A DNA stretch of 64,000 bases from Planctomycetota bacterium (GCA_965248445.1 CBDFJG010000003.1:1536001-1600000), one strand, 5' to 3'. Positions 9,682-19,571 are shown, counted from the stretch's first letter. A program made the numbers and translations. The notes: generated by a model not told the origin, from the letters alone.

Positions 9682-11688
9682 CTACCGCCCGTCACGCCGC
9701 CGGATCACCACGACCGAGCCCTTGATCTCCCAGTCCAAGCCCCCACCGGCCGCGTCGCAGAGTGCGCGCAGGGCGCCCTCGATCGTGTCGTCCTTCACCG
9801 TGAGCGAGATCGGAACGTGCGCGACGCTGACCGCGGAGGCATCGAAGACGACGTTGAGTCGCCGCGTGGACCGGATGTAGTCGACGACATCCACAAGCCG
9901 CGCCTCGTCGAACACGAACGAGATGCGCTCGTCTCGCAGGCGCTCGAGGATGGTGGCGGCGCGCAACCGCACGGTGATCTCGGTCGTCTCACCGGCAACA
10001 ACGGTCACGGTTCGCCGTTCCGGCACATGACCCTTGGCGGACACGTCGACGACCACGTCGCCGGGCGCGACGCACTCGTGCAGCGCAACGCCATCATCGC
10101 CCACGCGAACTCTCTCGCCCACGCGGCGCGGCACCTCGCGTCCGTTGACCGCCCGTACCTGGTCGTGCTCTGCGACCCACGACAGGGTCACTCTCGCGAC
10201 CGCGGACTCCGCGGCGGCGTCGGTCGCGACGGTCACGCGGACGCCGCCCGCGGCAGGTCCCAGCACGAGCTCCGCCGTGAGTTCGTCACCGTACGCACCC
10301 GTCACACGGAAGCGCGGCGAGTCCTGCATCCCCGGCACGCGTGCGGTCAGCCACTGGAACGACTTCTTCAGCGCGACCTCGAACGCGCCGTCCGACCGTG
10401 ACGTCCCCACATCGCGCGTCCCGTGACGCAGCCGCGAATCCGCAACGGGGCTGCCCGCCGCATCCAGCACGCGCCCGCGCACGATCAGCGCGGTGGGCGC
10501 GTCCGGGTCCAGGCTCTTCGGCTCGATAACCACGGTCGCGCCACCTGTCTCCCAGGTCTCCGCCGCACGGTGAATGACGACGCGCTCTTCCTCGACGACC
10601 GCGCCGAATCCCTGGAGGCGCAAGATGAGTTGCAGAGCGTCCCGTGCCAGCACGGCCTCCGACAGCCGCAGATGGATGCTGCTGCCCTTCAGCGCTTCCA
10701 TGGCACGTTCGTCAACGTGGACGGGTACGTCGGTCACTGCGGAGAAGTGCGCCAGCAAGTCCAGTCCGCCGACGCCTTCGACGTCCAGGTCCATCTTGCG
10801 CGAGTCGAGCAGCTCCGGCACCGAGAGCGTCTTCTCTTCGGTGGGATCGGGCGCGTCCGCCGCGTCGGCGCCATCGGCGGCTCGCGGCTGGACTCGATTT
10901 CGTACGCGCGGCGTGTCCGCCGTCTCCGTTGCTGGTTCGGCCGGCCCCACCTCGTCGGTTCCCGGCTGCGCAGCGGCGTCCGCGACGTCCTGACGCGCGC
11001 CGCCGTCGTCGTGGGTCGCTGCCCACCACCACGCCGCACCCCCACCGACCACAAGAACCACGGCTGCCATCGTCGCCTTCCCCATCAATGCCCCTCCTGT
11101 GGCGACGGCGGCCGCTGCCCCGCTTCCGGTCCGTGTGATCTCCTCACGCATCAGCGGCAGCAGCGTCACGGCGAGCGGCCGGCCATCCGTGTCCTCGCCT
11201 TCGAGCCGGGTCCGTAGCAGTGCACGTGCGCGGCGAAGACGCGCACGTACCGTTTCGAACGGCGCCTCCATCTGCGCTGCGACGTCTGCCATCGACAGTC
11301 CCTCGAAGTAGCGCAACAGGATTGTCTGACGGTAGGGCTCGCGCAGCGCGACGACCGCGGCGGCCACGCGGGCATGAAGCTCCGCGCGCGCCGCGAGCTC
11401 CGCCGGATCCCCGCCGAGCGGCTCCGGTCGCGCGACATGCAGCTCGCGGCGCCGCATCCGCTCACGCGAGCGCCGCCGACGGTACGTGGCGTTGCGCGCT
11501 ACCGTGCGGAACCAGCCCCGCGTCGCAGCGCGATCCACGGGCGGACGGCACAGGGCGGCGAGCCACGTCTGCTGCTCGACGTCGTCCGCCTCGTTCTCGT
11601 CGTCGCAGAGGGCGACGGCCAGGGCGCGGACCCACACACGGTGGACCAGCAGCTCTTCCAACGGGACCACAGCGCCATCTCGACTCAT
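9682..11688 (-). CDS. ECF sigma-70 factor with TM and extracytoplasmic extension (STN-like and carboxypeptidase-regulatory-like domains)
   Basis: Region 2 (EADDVEQQTWLAAL...WFRTVARN), region 4 (LREPYRQTILLRYFEGLSMADVA), a TM segment, and VRGRVLDAAGSPVA. Confidence 0.9.
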   Translation of the reverse strand: MSRDGAVVPLEELLVHRVWVRALAVALCDDENEADDVEQQTWLAALCRPPVDRAATRGWFRTVARNATYRRRRSRERMRRRELHVARPEPLGGDPAELAARAELHARVAAAVVALREPYRQTILLRYFEGLSMADVAAQMEAPFETVRARLRRARALLRTRLEGEDTDGRPLAVTLLPLMREEITRTGSGAAAAVATGGALMGKATMAAVVLVVGGGAAWWWAATHDDGGARQDVADAAAQPGTDEVGPAEPATETADTPRVRNRVQPRAADGADAADAPDPTEEKTLSVPELLDSRKMDLDVEGVGGLDLLAHFSAVTDVPVHVDERAMEALKGSSIHLRLSEAVLARDALQLILRLQGFGAVVEEERVVIHRAAETWETGGATVVIEPKSLDPDAPTALIVRGRVLDAAGSPVADSRLRHGTRDVGTSRSDGAFEVALKKSFQWLTARVPGMQDSPRFRVTGAYGDELTAELVLGPAAGGVRVTVATDAAAESAVARVTLSWVAEHDQVRAVNGREVPRRVGERVRVGDDGVALHECVAPGDVVVDVSAKGHVPERRTVTVVAGETTEITVRLRAATILERLRDERISFVFDEARLVDVVDYIRSTRRLNVVFDASAVSVAHVPISLTVKDDTIEGALRALCDAAGGGLDWEIKGSVVVIRRRDGR

Positions 11689-11754
11689 CGACTCCTAAGA
11701 TCCCGCAACCGGTCCCCACGGGTGCAGCGCAATTCTGAACGCCAACGGCGCCTT

Positions 11755-11930
11755 GCGCAGCCGGCTCGTCGGTCGGCGGACCTCGCGGAGGGCTCGGGCA
11801 GACGAAGGCGCGGTTCAAGCCGCGGGTGCGGCGGCTCAAGAACCTCGGGCTGACGGAGAGTCTCGAGGTCGGGTACCGGCTGTCTCCGCGCGGGGAGGTG
11901 GTGTTGCGGGATTTGCGGGGCGGGGGAGGT
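11755..11930 (+). pseudogene. C-terminal remnant of a conserved hypothetical (winged-helix-like) protein
   Basis: FKPRVRRLKNLGLTESLEVGYRLSPRG matches a C-terminal motif I recognise from a widespread hypothetical family; no N-terminus, and a frameshift upstream. Confidence 0.5.
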
Positions 11931-11983
11931 CCGCCGAGCAGCCCCGCCTACTCCCGCTGCGAGTGTGGACGCGCGCCCGCGTC

Positions 11984-12415
11984 TCACGGCACCACGATCG
12001 CCACGGCGCACTCCCCGAACCGCTCGAAGTCCCCGGGGTTGAGCGTCAGCAGTTCGGTCGCCCCGGCCGCTTGCGCCGCGCGCAGGATGCGCAGGTCGTA
12101 CACCGCTCCGCCCGCGATGTCGTCGTGCGCCGCACGTTCGAGCAGCGCCCAGGTGGCGTTGGGATCCTCCGCAACGATCCGCGCGCGCCCGTGCAGCGCG
12201 GCGTGCAGCAGCGAGAGCGCGTCGCGCGGCGAGATGCGGTAGCCGGCCGGCAGGCGGGTGAAGACCGAGAAGGCCTCGACCAGCACGTGCGCGGGGACCA
12301 CGGGACCGTCCTCCGCCCGCAGCGCTGCCGCGACCGCCACGCGCGCGTCGGCGTGCCGCTCGTGCCATGAGGCCAGTGCGGCGACCAGCACGGATGAGTC
12401 GAGCGCCGTCGTCAC
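11984..12415 (-). CDS. vapC: PIN-domain toxin (VapC-type)
   Basis: ALDSSVLVA, VLVEAFSVFTR, GGAVYDLRI and LLTLN PIN motifs; start overlaps the antitoxin stop. Confidence 0.9.
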   Translation of the reverse strand: MTTALDSSVLVAALASWHERHADARVAVAAALRAEDGPVVPAHVLVEAFSVFTRLPAGYRISPRDALSLLHAALHGRARIVAEDPNATWALLERAAHDDIAGGAVYDLRILRAAQAAGATELLTLNPGDFERFGECAVAIVVP

Positions 12416-12678
12416 TCCCCCCGCTCCCGCAGCCGTCGGCGAGCGCGCCGCACCTCGTCCTCGCCGAGCTCCGGCTGCGGCTCGACCAGCTCGGCCACCT
12501 GGAGCCCGTCGCGCTCGACGGTCCGGATCGCGGCATACACCGGTTCGATCTCGAGTCGCCCGTCCCGCACCCGCAGGCGCAGCGGCGTCCCGGGCACGAT
12601 CCCGAGCTCGTCGCGGAGTGCCTTGGGCACGACCAGCCGCCCCGATCGGTCAATGGCAGTTCGAATGGCAGAACTCAT
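12412..12678 (-). CDS. AbrB/MazE/SpoVT-family antitoxin (VapB-type)
   Basis: TAIDRSGRLVVPKALRDELGIVPGTPLRLRVRDGRLEIEP; GTGA overlap with vapC. Confidence 0.9.
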   Translation of the reverse strand: MSSAIRTAIDRSGRLVVPKALRDELGIVPGTPLRLRVRDGRLEIEPVYAAIRTVERDGLQVAELVEPQPELGEDEVRRARRRLRERGE

Positions 12679-12739
12679 GCCATTCATCCTACCACACGCG
12701 CCCTTCGGCACGCGTGGGGGTCGCTCACGCGTCGCGTGA

Positions 12740-12935
12740 GAGCACCTCCACCCGCGCCACGTGGGCGCCGCGGCGAGCGACGCGTCGAACGTCACGAGCG
12801 GCGCGTCGAGTGCCTCCGCCAGCACGACGTAGGCGGCTTCGTACGCGGTGAGGTTGTCGCGGTACGCAAACAGCCGGTCGAGCCAACGCCGGCTCGCGTG
12901 CCGGCGGATCTGCAGCGACCCAGTAGTAGTCGAGC
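12740..12935 (-). pseudogene. Degraded second PIN/VapC toxin gene
   Basis: Manual translation RHASRRWLDRLFAYRDNLTAYEAAYVVLAEALDAPLVTFDASLAAAP is a typical VapC C-terminal half; the N-terminus is disrupted. Confidence 0.7.
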
Positions 12936-13046
12936 CCGCGCGCGTGGGACGCGCGCCGCTCGGCGCCGCTCGGCGCCGGCGCGCCGCGCTCCCCCTTTAG
13001 CGCTTCGGGATGGCGCGGCGCGACGACCAGATCGTGAGCCAGATCC

Positions 13047-15527
13047 CTATTGACACGTCCTGAATCCCACGTAGGTCGTGAACTCCGCGTTGGTGTCAAC
13101 GGGAATCGAAAGAACGGACCCCGTGCCAGTCAGCGTGCCCGTGTGGAGCGGAGTGCCGTAGATGGAACGCGGATCGAACAGATCGATCGAGTCGCCTGGT
13201 TCGAGGTAGCCCGCGAAGTCGATGTCCACGGGCGAACCCGGCGCGTTCATGATCACGAGGTGGAACCGGCGCGCGTCGTACCTGTTCTGGCGAAGGATGA
13301 CCTTCGGATTCCAACCGCTCGGCCACGCCGCCCCCGAGTCGAATCCCGCACACGTATCCCCGGCTGGGTTCACATTGACGTTCCCGTGTACGAGCGTGTT
13401 GTCTTGCTGCGTGACCCCGGCGGCGGGGAAGTTGAAGATACACAGAGCGCCGTACGCGACGATGTTGTCGTGCACGACGCAATCGACGTTCGGGACGGTG
13501 AGCCCCATCTGCGTGATCTGCATGCCGATCTGCATCCCCGCCCGGGCGCCCCAGCCGGTGGGAAGCGGCCCGGTCGTCGTCCCGGTCCCGTAGCGGCCAC
13601 CGTCCTTGTAGAAGATGCTGTTCTTCACGAGCACGTTCGTCACGGGCTGTGAACCGCCAATCAGGAAGCGGCCGAACCGCTCCACGTCTGGGTTGGTGTT
13701 CAGGTAGCTGATGTGTCCGTCGATGATGTAGTTCTCGATCGGCGGGGAGTCGGTGTGGATCAGCATGCTGTAGCCCTCGTTCGCCGTCACGATGCAATCG
13801 GCGATCGTCTGACCGCCGTCACCCCGGCTGTAGATCGGAGAGGCCTCGCCTTCCGTCAGTTCGCCCTTGCGCAACTCCCATCCGGAGTCGATCTGCTGCG
13901 GAAGGTCGGCCTGGATGCCGCCGGCTCCGACCGAGATGACACTCGTGACAAACCGCTCACCGGTCGCGCGGTTACGGACCACGATGAACTCGCCTGCGTT
14001 GAACGTCGGTGTTGTCGGCAGCGTGGCATGAGCAATGCCCACGCCGCTGCCGGCGCCGTACGGCCCCCCCACCACGTCGACACCGTTGATCGTCGGCGGG
14101 TCGTCCTCGATCGCCTGGACACTCGTGTGGCCGATGTCGTGGATGATGCAGCCGTAGACCATGGTGTCCGTCACCGGGTCGTTCGCCAGTGATTGGAATC
14201 CCTGGTAGCTGTCGTGGATGTGCGTGTTGATGCACCGGCAGCCGTGCGCCTCGAGGAAGTGGAATCCGCCCGGCGGACGGTTCATGGTCCGCACGTCCGC
14301 GACCCCCGGTGGCGGCCGTGGCGTGGTGGTCATGATCTCCAGGTCCCAGAACCACACGTATTGTGACGCCGACGTGAGACCAGTAGCCAGGCTCAGCGAG
14401 CCGTCGATGCGCGCCCGCAGCGGCCGCATGCCCGCATCTCGGAACGCGCGCACGTGGATCGGACTCCCCGCGGCCCCGACCAGTCCGACGAGGTAGCCCC
14501 CATCCCAGCGCGCGTAGCCCGTCGACTTGTAGGTCCTGTTGCTGGGCGAACCCGGGAGGAGCCACACCGTGTCTCCCGGTCCGACGCCCTGATCCCCGCG
14601 CATCGTCGATTTCAGGTCCCACGGGCGGCTTCGCGTGCGCCCGTTGTTCCCCGACACGCCGTCGGGCGACACGTACCACCACTGCCGCTTGACGATCAGG
14701 TCGCCGACGCGCAACTTGGTCGAGGAGGTGCCGAAGAACACGTGGCTGTTCGCACTGGTCAGGTACGGCGCGACCGTGGTCACATCGACGTCGACCGTGT
14801 GCGCTGGCGCGAAGGTCTCGTGCCAACTACCGCCCCACGCGCTGTCGAGGTCGAACCGGAGCGCATGTCCCTGCTTCCGCATCGAGAGCCAGTACCGACC
14901 GGGCGCGGCGGCCGCGATGACCGGAGACGTGGCCGAGTAGACGGACGCGCCCGTCGAGTCGCGGGACTCGATTTCCACGATGAACGCCTGGATGGTCTGC
15001 GCCAGCGGCGGGGGGATCACGAGCCGGAAGCAGTGCACGCGTACGAACACCGAAGAGGCGGGCTCGTTCGCGTACGCCGACCCTCCGGGCTCTCCCTTCC
15101 CGACACCGAAGTGCAGAAGGGCGTGCGGGTCGAGTATCGCCGACGTGTCGAACGTGAGCTGAGCGGTGAAGTCCTCGCCGTTGTAGTCCGCGTACGTCGT
15201 CCGCATGTAGTGCTTGTCGTCGACGCCCGTGGACGTCGCGAGCGCGACGGTCTCGCCGCCGACCACGAACGCTCCGTCCGGGTCCTCCACGTTCTCGTGC
15301 AGGTAGTCGCACTCGAACGGCTCCACGAAGTAACGCGTGCCCTCTCCAGGCGATGCAGCAGGCATCGTGAGCACACTGTCGCTGTCGAGTGTCCCCACGG
15401 TTCCTGCAGCACCACTCACAGGCGGTGCAGTCGTCGTGGTCGGCGGGCCGGAGGGGGCCGCAGCACACATCGGGGCCAGCAGCATTGCAACGACAACAAG
15501 GCCCCAACGAACGGATCGATTCAGCAT
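13047..15527 (-). CDS. Large secreted protein with a right-handed parallel beta-helix (pectate-lyase-like) domain
   Basis: RBS ggaggg and signal peptide MLNRSVRWGLVVVAMLLAP; WYVSPDG...G...PWDL...GPGDTVWL; CINTHIHD and VYGCIIHD repeats. Confidence 0.8.
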   Translation of the reverse strand: MLNRSVRWGLVVVAMLLAPMCAAAPSGPPTTTTAPPVSGAAGTVGTLDSDSVLTMPAASPGEGTRYFVEPFECDYLHENVEDPDGAFVVGGETVALATSTGVDDKHYMRTTYADYNGEDFTAQLTFDTSAILDPHALLHFGVGKGEPGGSAYANEPASSVFVRVHCFRLVIPPPLAQTIQAFIVEIESRDSTGASVYSATSPVIAAAAPGRYWLSMRKQGHALRFDLDSAWGGSWHETFAPAHTVDVDVTTVAPYLTSANSHVFFGTSSTKLRVGDLIVKRQWWYVSPDGVSGNNGRTRSRPWDLKSTMRGDQGVGPGDTVWLLPGSPSNRTYKSTGYARWDGGYLVGLVGAAGSPIHVRAFRDAGMRPLRARIDGSLSLATGLTSASQYVWFWDLEIMTTTPRPPPGVADVRTMNRPPGGFHFLEAHGCRCINTHIHDSYQGFQSLANDPVTDTMVYGCIIHDIGHTSVQAIEDDPPTINGVDVVGGPYGAGSGVGIAHATLPTTPTFNAGEFIVVRNRATGERFVTSVISVGAGGIQADLPQQIDSGWELRKGELTEGEASPIYSRGDGGQTIADCIVTANEGYSMLIHTDSPPIENYIIDGHISYLNTNPDVERFGRFLIGGSQPVTNVLVKNSIFYKDGGRYGTGTTTGPLPTGWGARAGMQIGMQITQMGLTVPNVDCVVHDNIVAYGALCIFNFPAAGVTQQDNTLVHGNVNVNPAGDTCAGFDSGAAWPSGWNPKVILRQNRYDARRFHLVIMNAPGSPVDIDFAGYLEPGDSIDLFDPRSIYGTPLHTGTLTGTGSVLSIPVDTNAEFTTYVGFRTCQ

Positions 15528-15749
15528 CGCACCCTCCCCGCTGATATGTCTCACCCGGTGACATGTTCGCGGGTCAGTCAGTCGCGATGCAACACGCGCT
15601 TACTACGAGTGAGCGCTCCCCATATCGAGACGTTCGTCAGGTTCGAAGTGTGAGCAACTGCCACCGGAACGCGTTGCAGAGTGGTTCCCTTCGCATACGA
15701 GCAAGCACTTGCGACAGCGTCCGACGCGAGCCTCGCGCCAGTCTCCTGC

Positions 15750-16147
15750 ACCACACCCACGCCGCAAGCGGAACATGGTGAAGGCGACGGGCTGAACGCA
15801 GGCGGCGACGGCAGCCCCATCGAGCGCTGCAACGTCTCTCGCGTGCATGGGAACGGGATTCAGAGCAACGGCGCCGGGAATGCCGTGCGCCGCTGCAAGA
15901 TCAACGGCACCGGTTCGCGCGGCATCCAGACAGCGGACGACGACAGCGGCGCTGAGCGCTGCGTGGTGATCGACGTGGGACAGCTCTCCGTCGCGGACTC
16001 GAACGTCGAGAACGGCATCGACGTGGTGCGGCCGGGAAGCCACGTCATCAGGTGCAAGATCATCACGCCCGCGAACCATGGGATCAACGTGCGCGGACCG
16101 GGCATCGACGTCGACCGCTGCAAGATCACGCGTCCCGGCGGACGCGG
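15750..16147 (+). pseudogene. Beta-helix repeat gene fragment cut by IS66 copy 1
   Basis: Repeats IERCNV, VRRCKI, VIRCKI, VDRCKI with NGI/RGI turns; the frame runs into the IS end at 16148 and no continuation is seen after either IS. Confidence 0.6.
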
Positions 16148-17679
16148 GTACCCGTTCAGGGTATGACGATCCGCGGCCTCAGCGCGTGATCGGGAGCGCG
16201 ACGAGAGCCGGCGGCGAGCGGTTGTGCGCGAGTGCCGCGCTGACGTCTGCGAGGTAATCGAAGACGCTCTCGCCACGCTGGCGGAGCGTGGCGGTGACGG
16301 TCAGGATGCGCTCGACGAAGCGGAGTCCGCGCTCGCTCTGACTTCCGTGCGTTGCGCGTCTCCACAGGACCGGCTTGCGCACCGCGCGCTCAGCGGCGTT
16401 GTTCGTCGGGGAGACGCCAGGGACGTCGGCGAAGGTCCACAGAGCCTCCGCTCGGTCGAGCAGATGCCGAGTCGTTCCGCGTACTCGGCGGTGCTTGCTG
16501 TCTGCGCCGCGCACGAGCAGCGTCAGGAGTCGGTCCCATGTGAGACGCAGCTCACGCCGCATGCGGTCGCGGTCCCCGTGCTCGCCGAAGTGACGCTGAG
16601 CTCGCATGACAGCCTGGGCGAGACGCACGGCCTGCTTGCCGAAGCGCCGGCCGCCGCGCGAGCCCTCGGCCAGCGCTCGAAAGTCCCTCTCGAGATGCGC
16701 CCAGCAGATCTGGCGGCGCTCGGTGGGATGCTGGTCGTAAGCGCCCATACGGTCGGTCACGAGGACGCCCCTGAAGCGCTTGCCCACGAGTCGCCGCATG
16801 GCCTTGGCGCTCCTGCGCCGATCGATACGATGGACCGTGGCGTGCTCACAGACCGCGCTCCACAGCCAATGCAGCGTGCCACGACGCGACCACGGTGTCT
16901 CGTCTACATAGGCGACGCTGCTCGTGCGTACGGCCCCGAGGGCCTCGATGTGCGCTGAGGAGATGGCTCCCGACACCCGCTCCTCGATCGCACTGACCGT
17001 GCCCGGTGACATCGAGACGCCGATGACGTCACGCAACAGACGACTGGTCTCGCGCCGCGACAGGCGGAAGACGCCGACCAGAGCCGCGGTGAGCGCACAG
17101 AGTCGCGGGCCGAAGGGACTCGCCGTCACACCGCTTGGCAGCGAGGCAGTGGACGTGGCGCCACAGTCCGTGCACCGTGCCCGGTGCAACCGGTGCTCGG
17201 TCACCTGGATCAGCCGTGGCGGGACCTCGAAGACCTGCTGGCGTGTCGGGGCGCGATCGATCGGGACGAGCACGTCGCTCCCACACGCGCTGCACTCGCG
17301 CGGGCGGTGGTCCTCTACGCCATCGACCTCGGACTCGTCCACGAGCTTGCGCGTCGCCCCTTTGTGGCCGGGCTGCGCACCCTGGCGCTTGTCCGACGGC
17401 GGCTTGCGCCGCCGCCGCTTCTTGGACCACGACGGATCCGAGGACGGTGGGCGCGAGGAGGTGCGGGAGTCCCGGCGAAGACGGCTCTCGAGATCGTCGA
17501 TCCGTGCCGCCTGCCGCTCGATCACCTCCGCCTGCTCGGCAATCGTCTCGTCCCGAGCGTCCAGACGACGGGTCAGGCGCTCGACCAGATCACGCAGCTC
17601 ATCGGTGCCCACATCCGATTCATCGACCGAACGGAAAGCGATCTGGATCCGAGCTCAGAACCAAGGGCTGAACGGGTAC
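16148..17679 (-). mobile_element. IS66-family insertion sequence (single-ORF, ISBst12-like), copy 1, 1532 bp
   Basis: Perfect 12-bp terminal inverted repeats gtacccgttcag...ctgaacgggtac; one transposase ORF; no target-site duplication evident. Confidence 0.9.
16179..17612 (-). CDS. IS66 transposase (TnpC-like)
   Basis: SRTSSRPPSSD, GAQPGHKG, zinc finger CSACG...CTDCG, YVDETPW, VLVTDR, QICWAHL, PTNNAAERAVR. Confidence 0.95.
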   Translation of the reverse strand: MGTDELRDLVERLTRRLDARDETIAEQAEVIERQAARIDDLESRLRRDSRTSSRPPSSDPSWSKKRRRRKPPSDKRQGAQPGHKGATRKLVDESEVDGVEDHRPRECSACGSDVLVPIDRAPTRQQVFEVPPRLIQVTEHRLHRARCTDCGATSTASLPSGVTASPFGPRLCALTAALVGVFRLSRRETSRLLRDVIGVSMSPGTVSAIEERVSGAISSAHIEALGAVRTSSVAYVDETPWSRRGTLHWLWSAVCEHATVHRIDRRRSAKAMRRLVGKRFRGVLVTDRMGAYDQHPTERRQICWAHLERDFRALAEGSRGGRRFGKQAVRLAQAVMRAQRHFGEHGDRDRMRRELRLTWDRLLTLLVRGADSKHRRVRGTTRHLLDRAEALWTFADVPGVSPTNNAAERAVRKPVLWRRATHGSQSERGLRFVERILTVTATLRQRGESVFDYLADVSAALAHNRSPPALVALPITR

Positions 17680-17840
17680 GCGCGCCTGACGGGTGGTCCT
17701 TCGCTATTCGCGGCCCAAACTGTCGTCCGTGCCTGACGAAAGCGGTGGTTCGCTGCCGACGATCGTCTGTCGCGAGGGCCGGGAGCCCGCATCGTTCACG
17801 AGGCTTGCGCGGCAGGAGCGGACCCCGTGAACCATGCGGG

Positions 17841-18950
17841 CTAGCGGGCTGCGACGACGGTGCCGCGACGGACGCCCGGAGTGGCCCGGAACGCGAACCC
17901 GCGCGGGAAGTGCGCGCCCGGGCAGGCCGTCTCGCGGAACTCGTTGTGCAGGCGGAGGTTCTGAGGCGGAATGCCGCAGTAGGCCGCCAGGAACCCGCAC
18001 AGCCGCTCGAGTGCGCGCATCTGAGGAGCGGTCGGGCTGCTCTTCGAGAAGTCACCCACCAGGCAGATCCCGATGCCGTGCTGATTCATCAGGTCGTTGC
18101 CCGCGTGCGCCCCGTCGCGCTGCTGCGTCCACCGGAATCCGGTCTCCACGCGCCCATCCGGCGACCCCGACCCGTTGCCGATCACGAAGTCGTATCCGAG
18201 TCCGTCCCAGCCCTTCTTGCGATGCGCCTCGTCGAACGAGGCGGCGCTGCCGCGGGCGGTCGCGCTGTGATGAACCACGACGTACGTCCATCGGCGGCGA
18301 AGCGACGCGCTCCACTGCGCCCGTTCCACAGGCGTCGGGGAGTTCGCTGCCGCGGGCACCGGAGCCACCGGCGGCGGCCGCCGGCGTGTGACGACAGGAG
18401 GCGGTAGCCGGAAGTCGTGGTTCGGTGTCGTCGGCGTGTATCGCGGTGACGGGGCGTAGCCGGGAGTTGGCGTGTAGATGCGCGGAGCATGCACGACGGG
18501 CGTCGCTTGACCGGCGGTGGCGCCCCAGGCGCGTCGCACCCGCGACGCGTCGCTCGGATCGACCCACGCGGTGCCCTCGGCGACCATGACGGGGAACGTG
18601 GTCGAGAGCCGCGTGCCGCGGACGGTGACCTGAGTGCTCCCCGGGAACAGGGCGATCCGGCCACCGCGCGGCCCCTGGAGCACGATCCGCCCGGAGCTCT
18701 CTTGCGGCAGCTCGTGGAGCCCGAGCGGTCTCGAAATGTCCGCGACCGGGACATAGCCCCCGGGCACCGCTGTCGCCGTGTTGGTCGACGCGCACCCCGC
18801 TGTCAGCAGGAGCCCAGCTGTCAGCAGGAGCCCAGCTGTCAGCAGGAGCCCAGCTGTCAGCAGAGACCCGGCTGCCAGGGGAAGCCCCGCTCCCAGGGGA
18901 AGCCCGGATGCCTGACCGGCGTCGCGTGTTGCTCTCAACGCTCGGATCAC
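17841..18950 (-). CDS. N-acetylmuramoyl-L-alanine amidase (Amidase_2/PGRP-like) lipoprotein
   Basis: WTYVVVHHSAT, GWDGLGYDFVIGNG, GAHAG, IGICLVGDF, H...TACPG; lipobox LTAGC; RBS gagggag before GTG 18950. Confidence 0.9.
   Translation of the reverse strand: MIRALRATRDAGQASGLPLGAGLPLAAGSLLTAGLLLTAGLLLTAGLLLTAGCASTNTATAVPGGYVPVADISRPLGLHELPQESSGRIVLQGPRGGRIALFPGSTQVTVRGTRLSTTFPVMVAEGTAWVDPSDASRVRRAWGATAGQATPVVHAPRIYTPTPGYAPSPRYTPTTPNHDFRLPPPVVTRRRPPPVAPVPAAANSPTPVERAQWSASLRRRWTYVVVHHSATARGSAASFDEAHRKKGWDGLGYDFVIGNGSGSPDGRVETGFRWTQQRDGAHAGNDLMNQHGIGICLVGDFSKSSPTAPQMRALERLCGFLAAYCGIPPQNLRLHNEFRETACPGAHFPRGFAFRATPGVRRGTVVAAR
18799..18906. repeat. 18-bp tandem repeat (3 perfect plus 3 degenerate units) in the amidase signal region
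   Basis: gctgtcagcaggagccca x3 followed by degenerate units; encodes (GLLLTA)n before the lipobox Cys. Confidence 0.9.
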
Positions 18951-19535
18951 GCGCGCTCCCCTCGAAGACCGGCCACGGCTTCCGGGGCCCACTTCATGGA
19001 TCGACCAACGGGCCGCGCGCATGCAACCACCCTGCAGAGGGCCAGACGGAGAACTGCGCGGAGAGGCGGCCGACGGGCGGTCCTCAAACACACCCGACCG
19101 TCGACCTGCCTGATCGTCACACCCTGCGTCCATCGGCGCACGGCTCCGTCAGATGCCGCGGAACGCGAGGCGACGACGACCGGCCGCGCGAGCGTCTCCG
19201 GACCACGACATCTTGTGGACCGATGGACAACGAGCGCCATTCTTGGTGGGTTCAGCCTCTCCGTCAAGGCAGTTCGTCGGATTCGCCGTCCGTGGGCAAT
19301 CGTGTTCTCCACGTCTGTGGAATGTCGATTTCCGCAGAAAGATTCACCGTCGCCCACGCGCTCGGCAGCGACGGGTCGCGGAGCGGGCGTCGCGCGGCTC
19401 GCCGACGTCTCCACCGCCGCGTCGCGGTCGCAACGACCGACCGCACCGATGCTTGCGTTCTCGCGCTGCCGACTCTCCACATTCCACCGTCTCTCCCGGG
19501 CTCCTGTGGAGGCCGATGTGGACGCATTTTCGCCG

Positions 19536-19564
19536 TTGAAACCCAACGCCGCCGGTCCTAGCTT
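19536..19564 (+). promoter_or_regulatory. Sigma70-type promoter for the candidate large ncRNA
   Basis: TTGAAA (19536-41), 17-nt spacer, TAGCTT (19559-64); the closing helix starts 8 nt downstream. Confidence 0.6.
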
Positions 19565-19571
19565 CTCCCTC

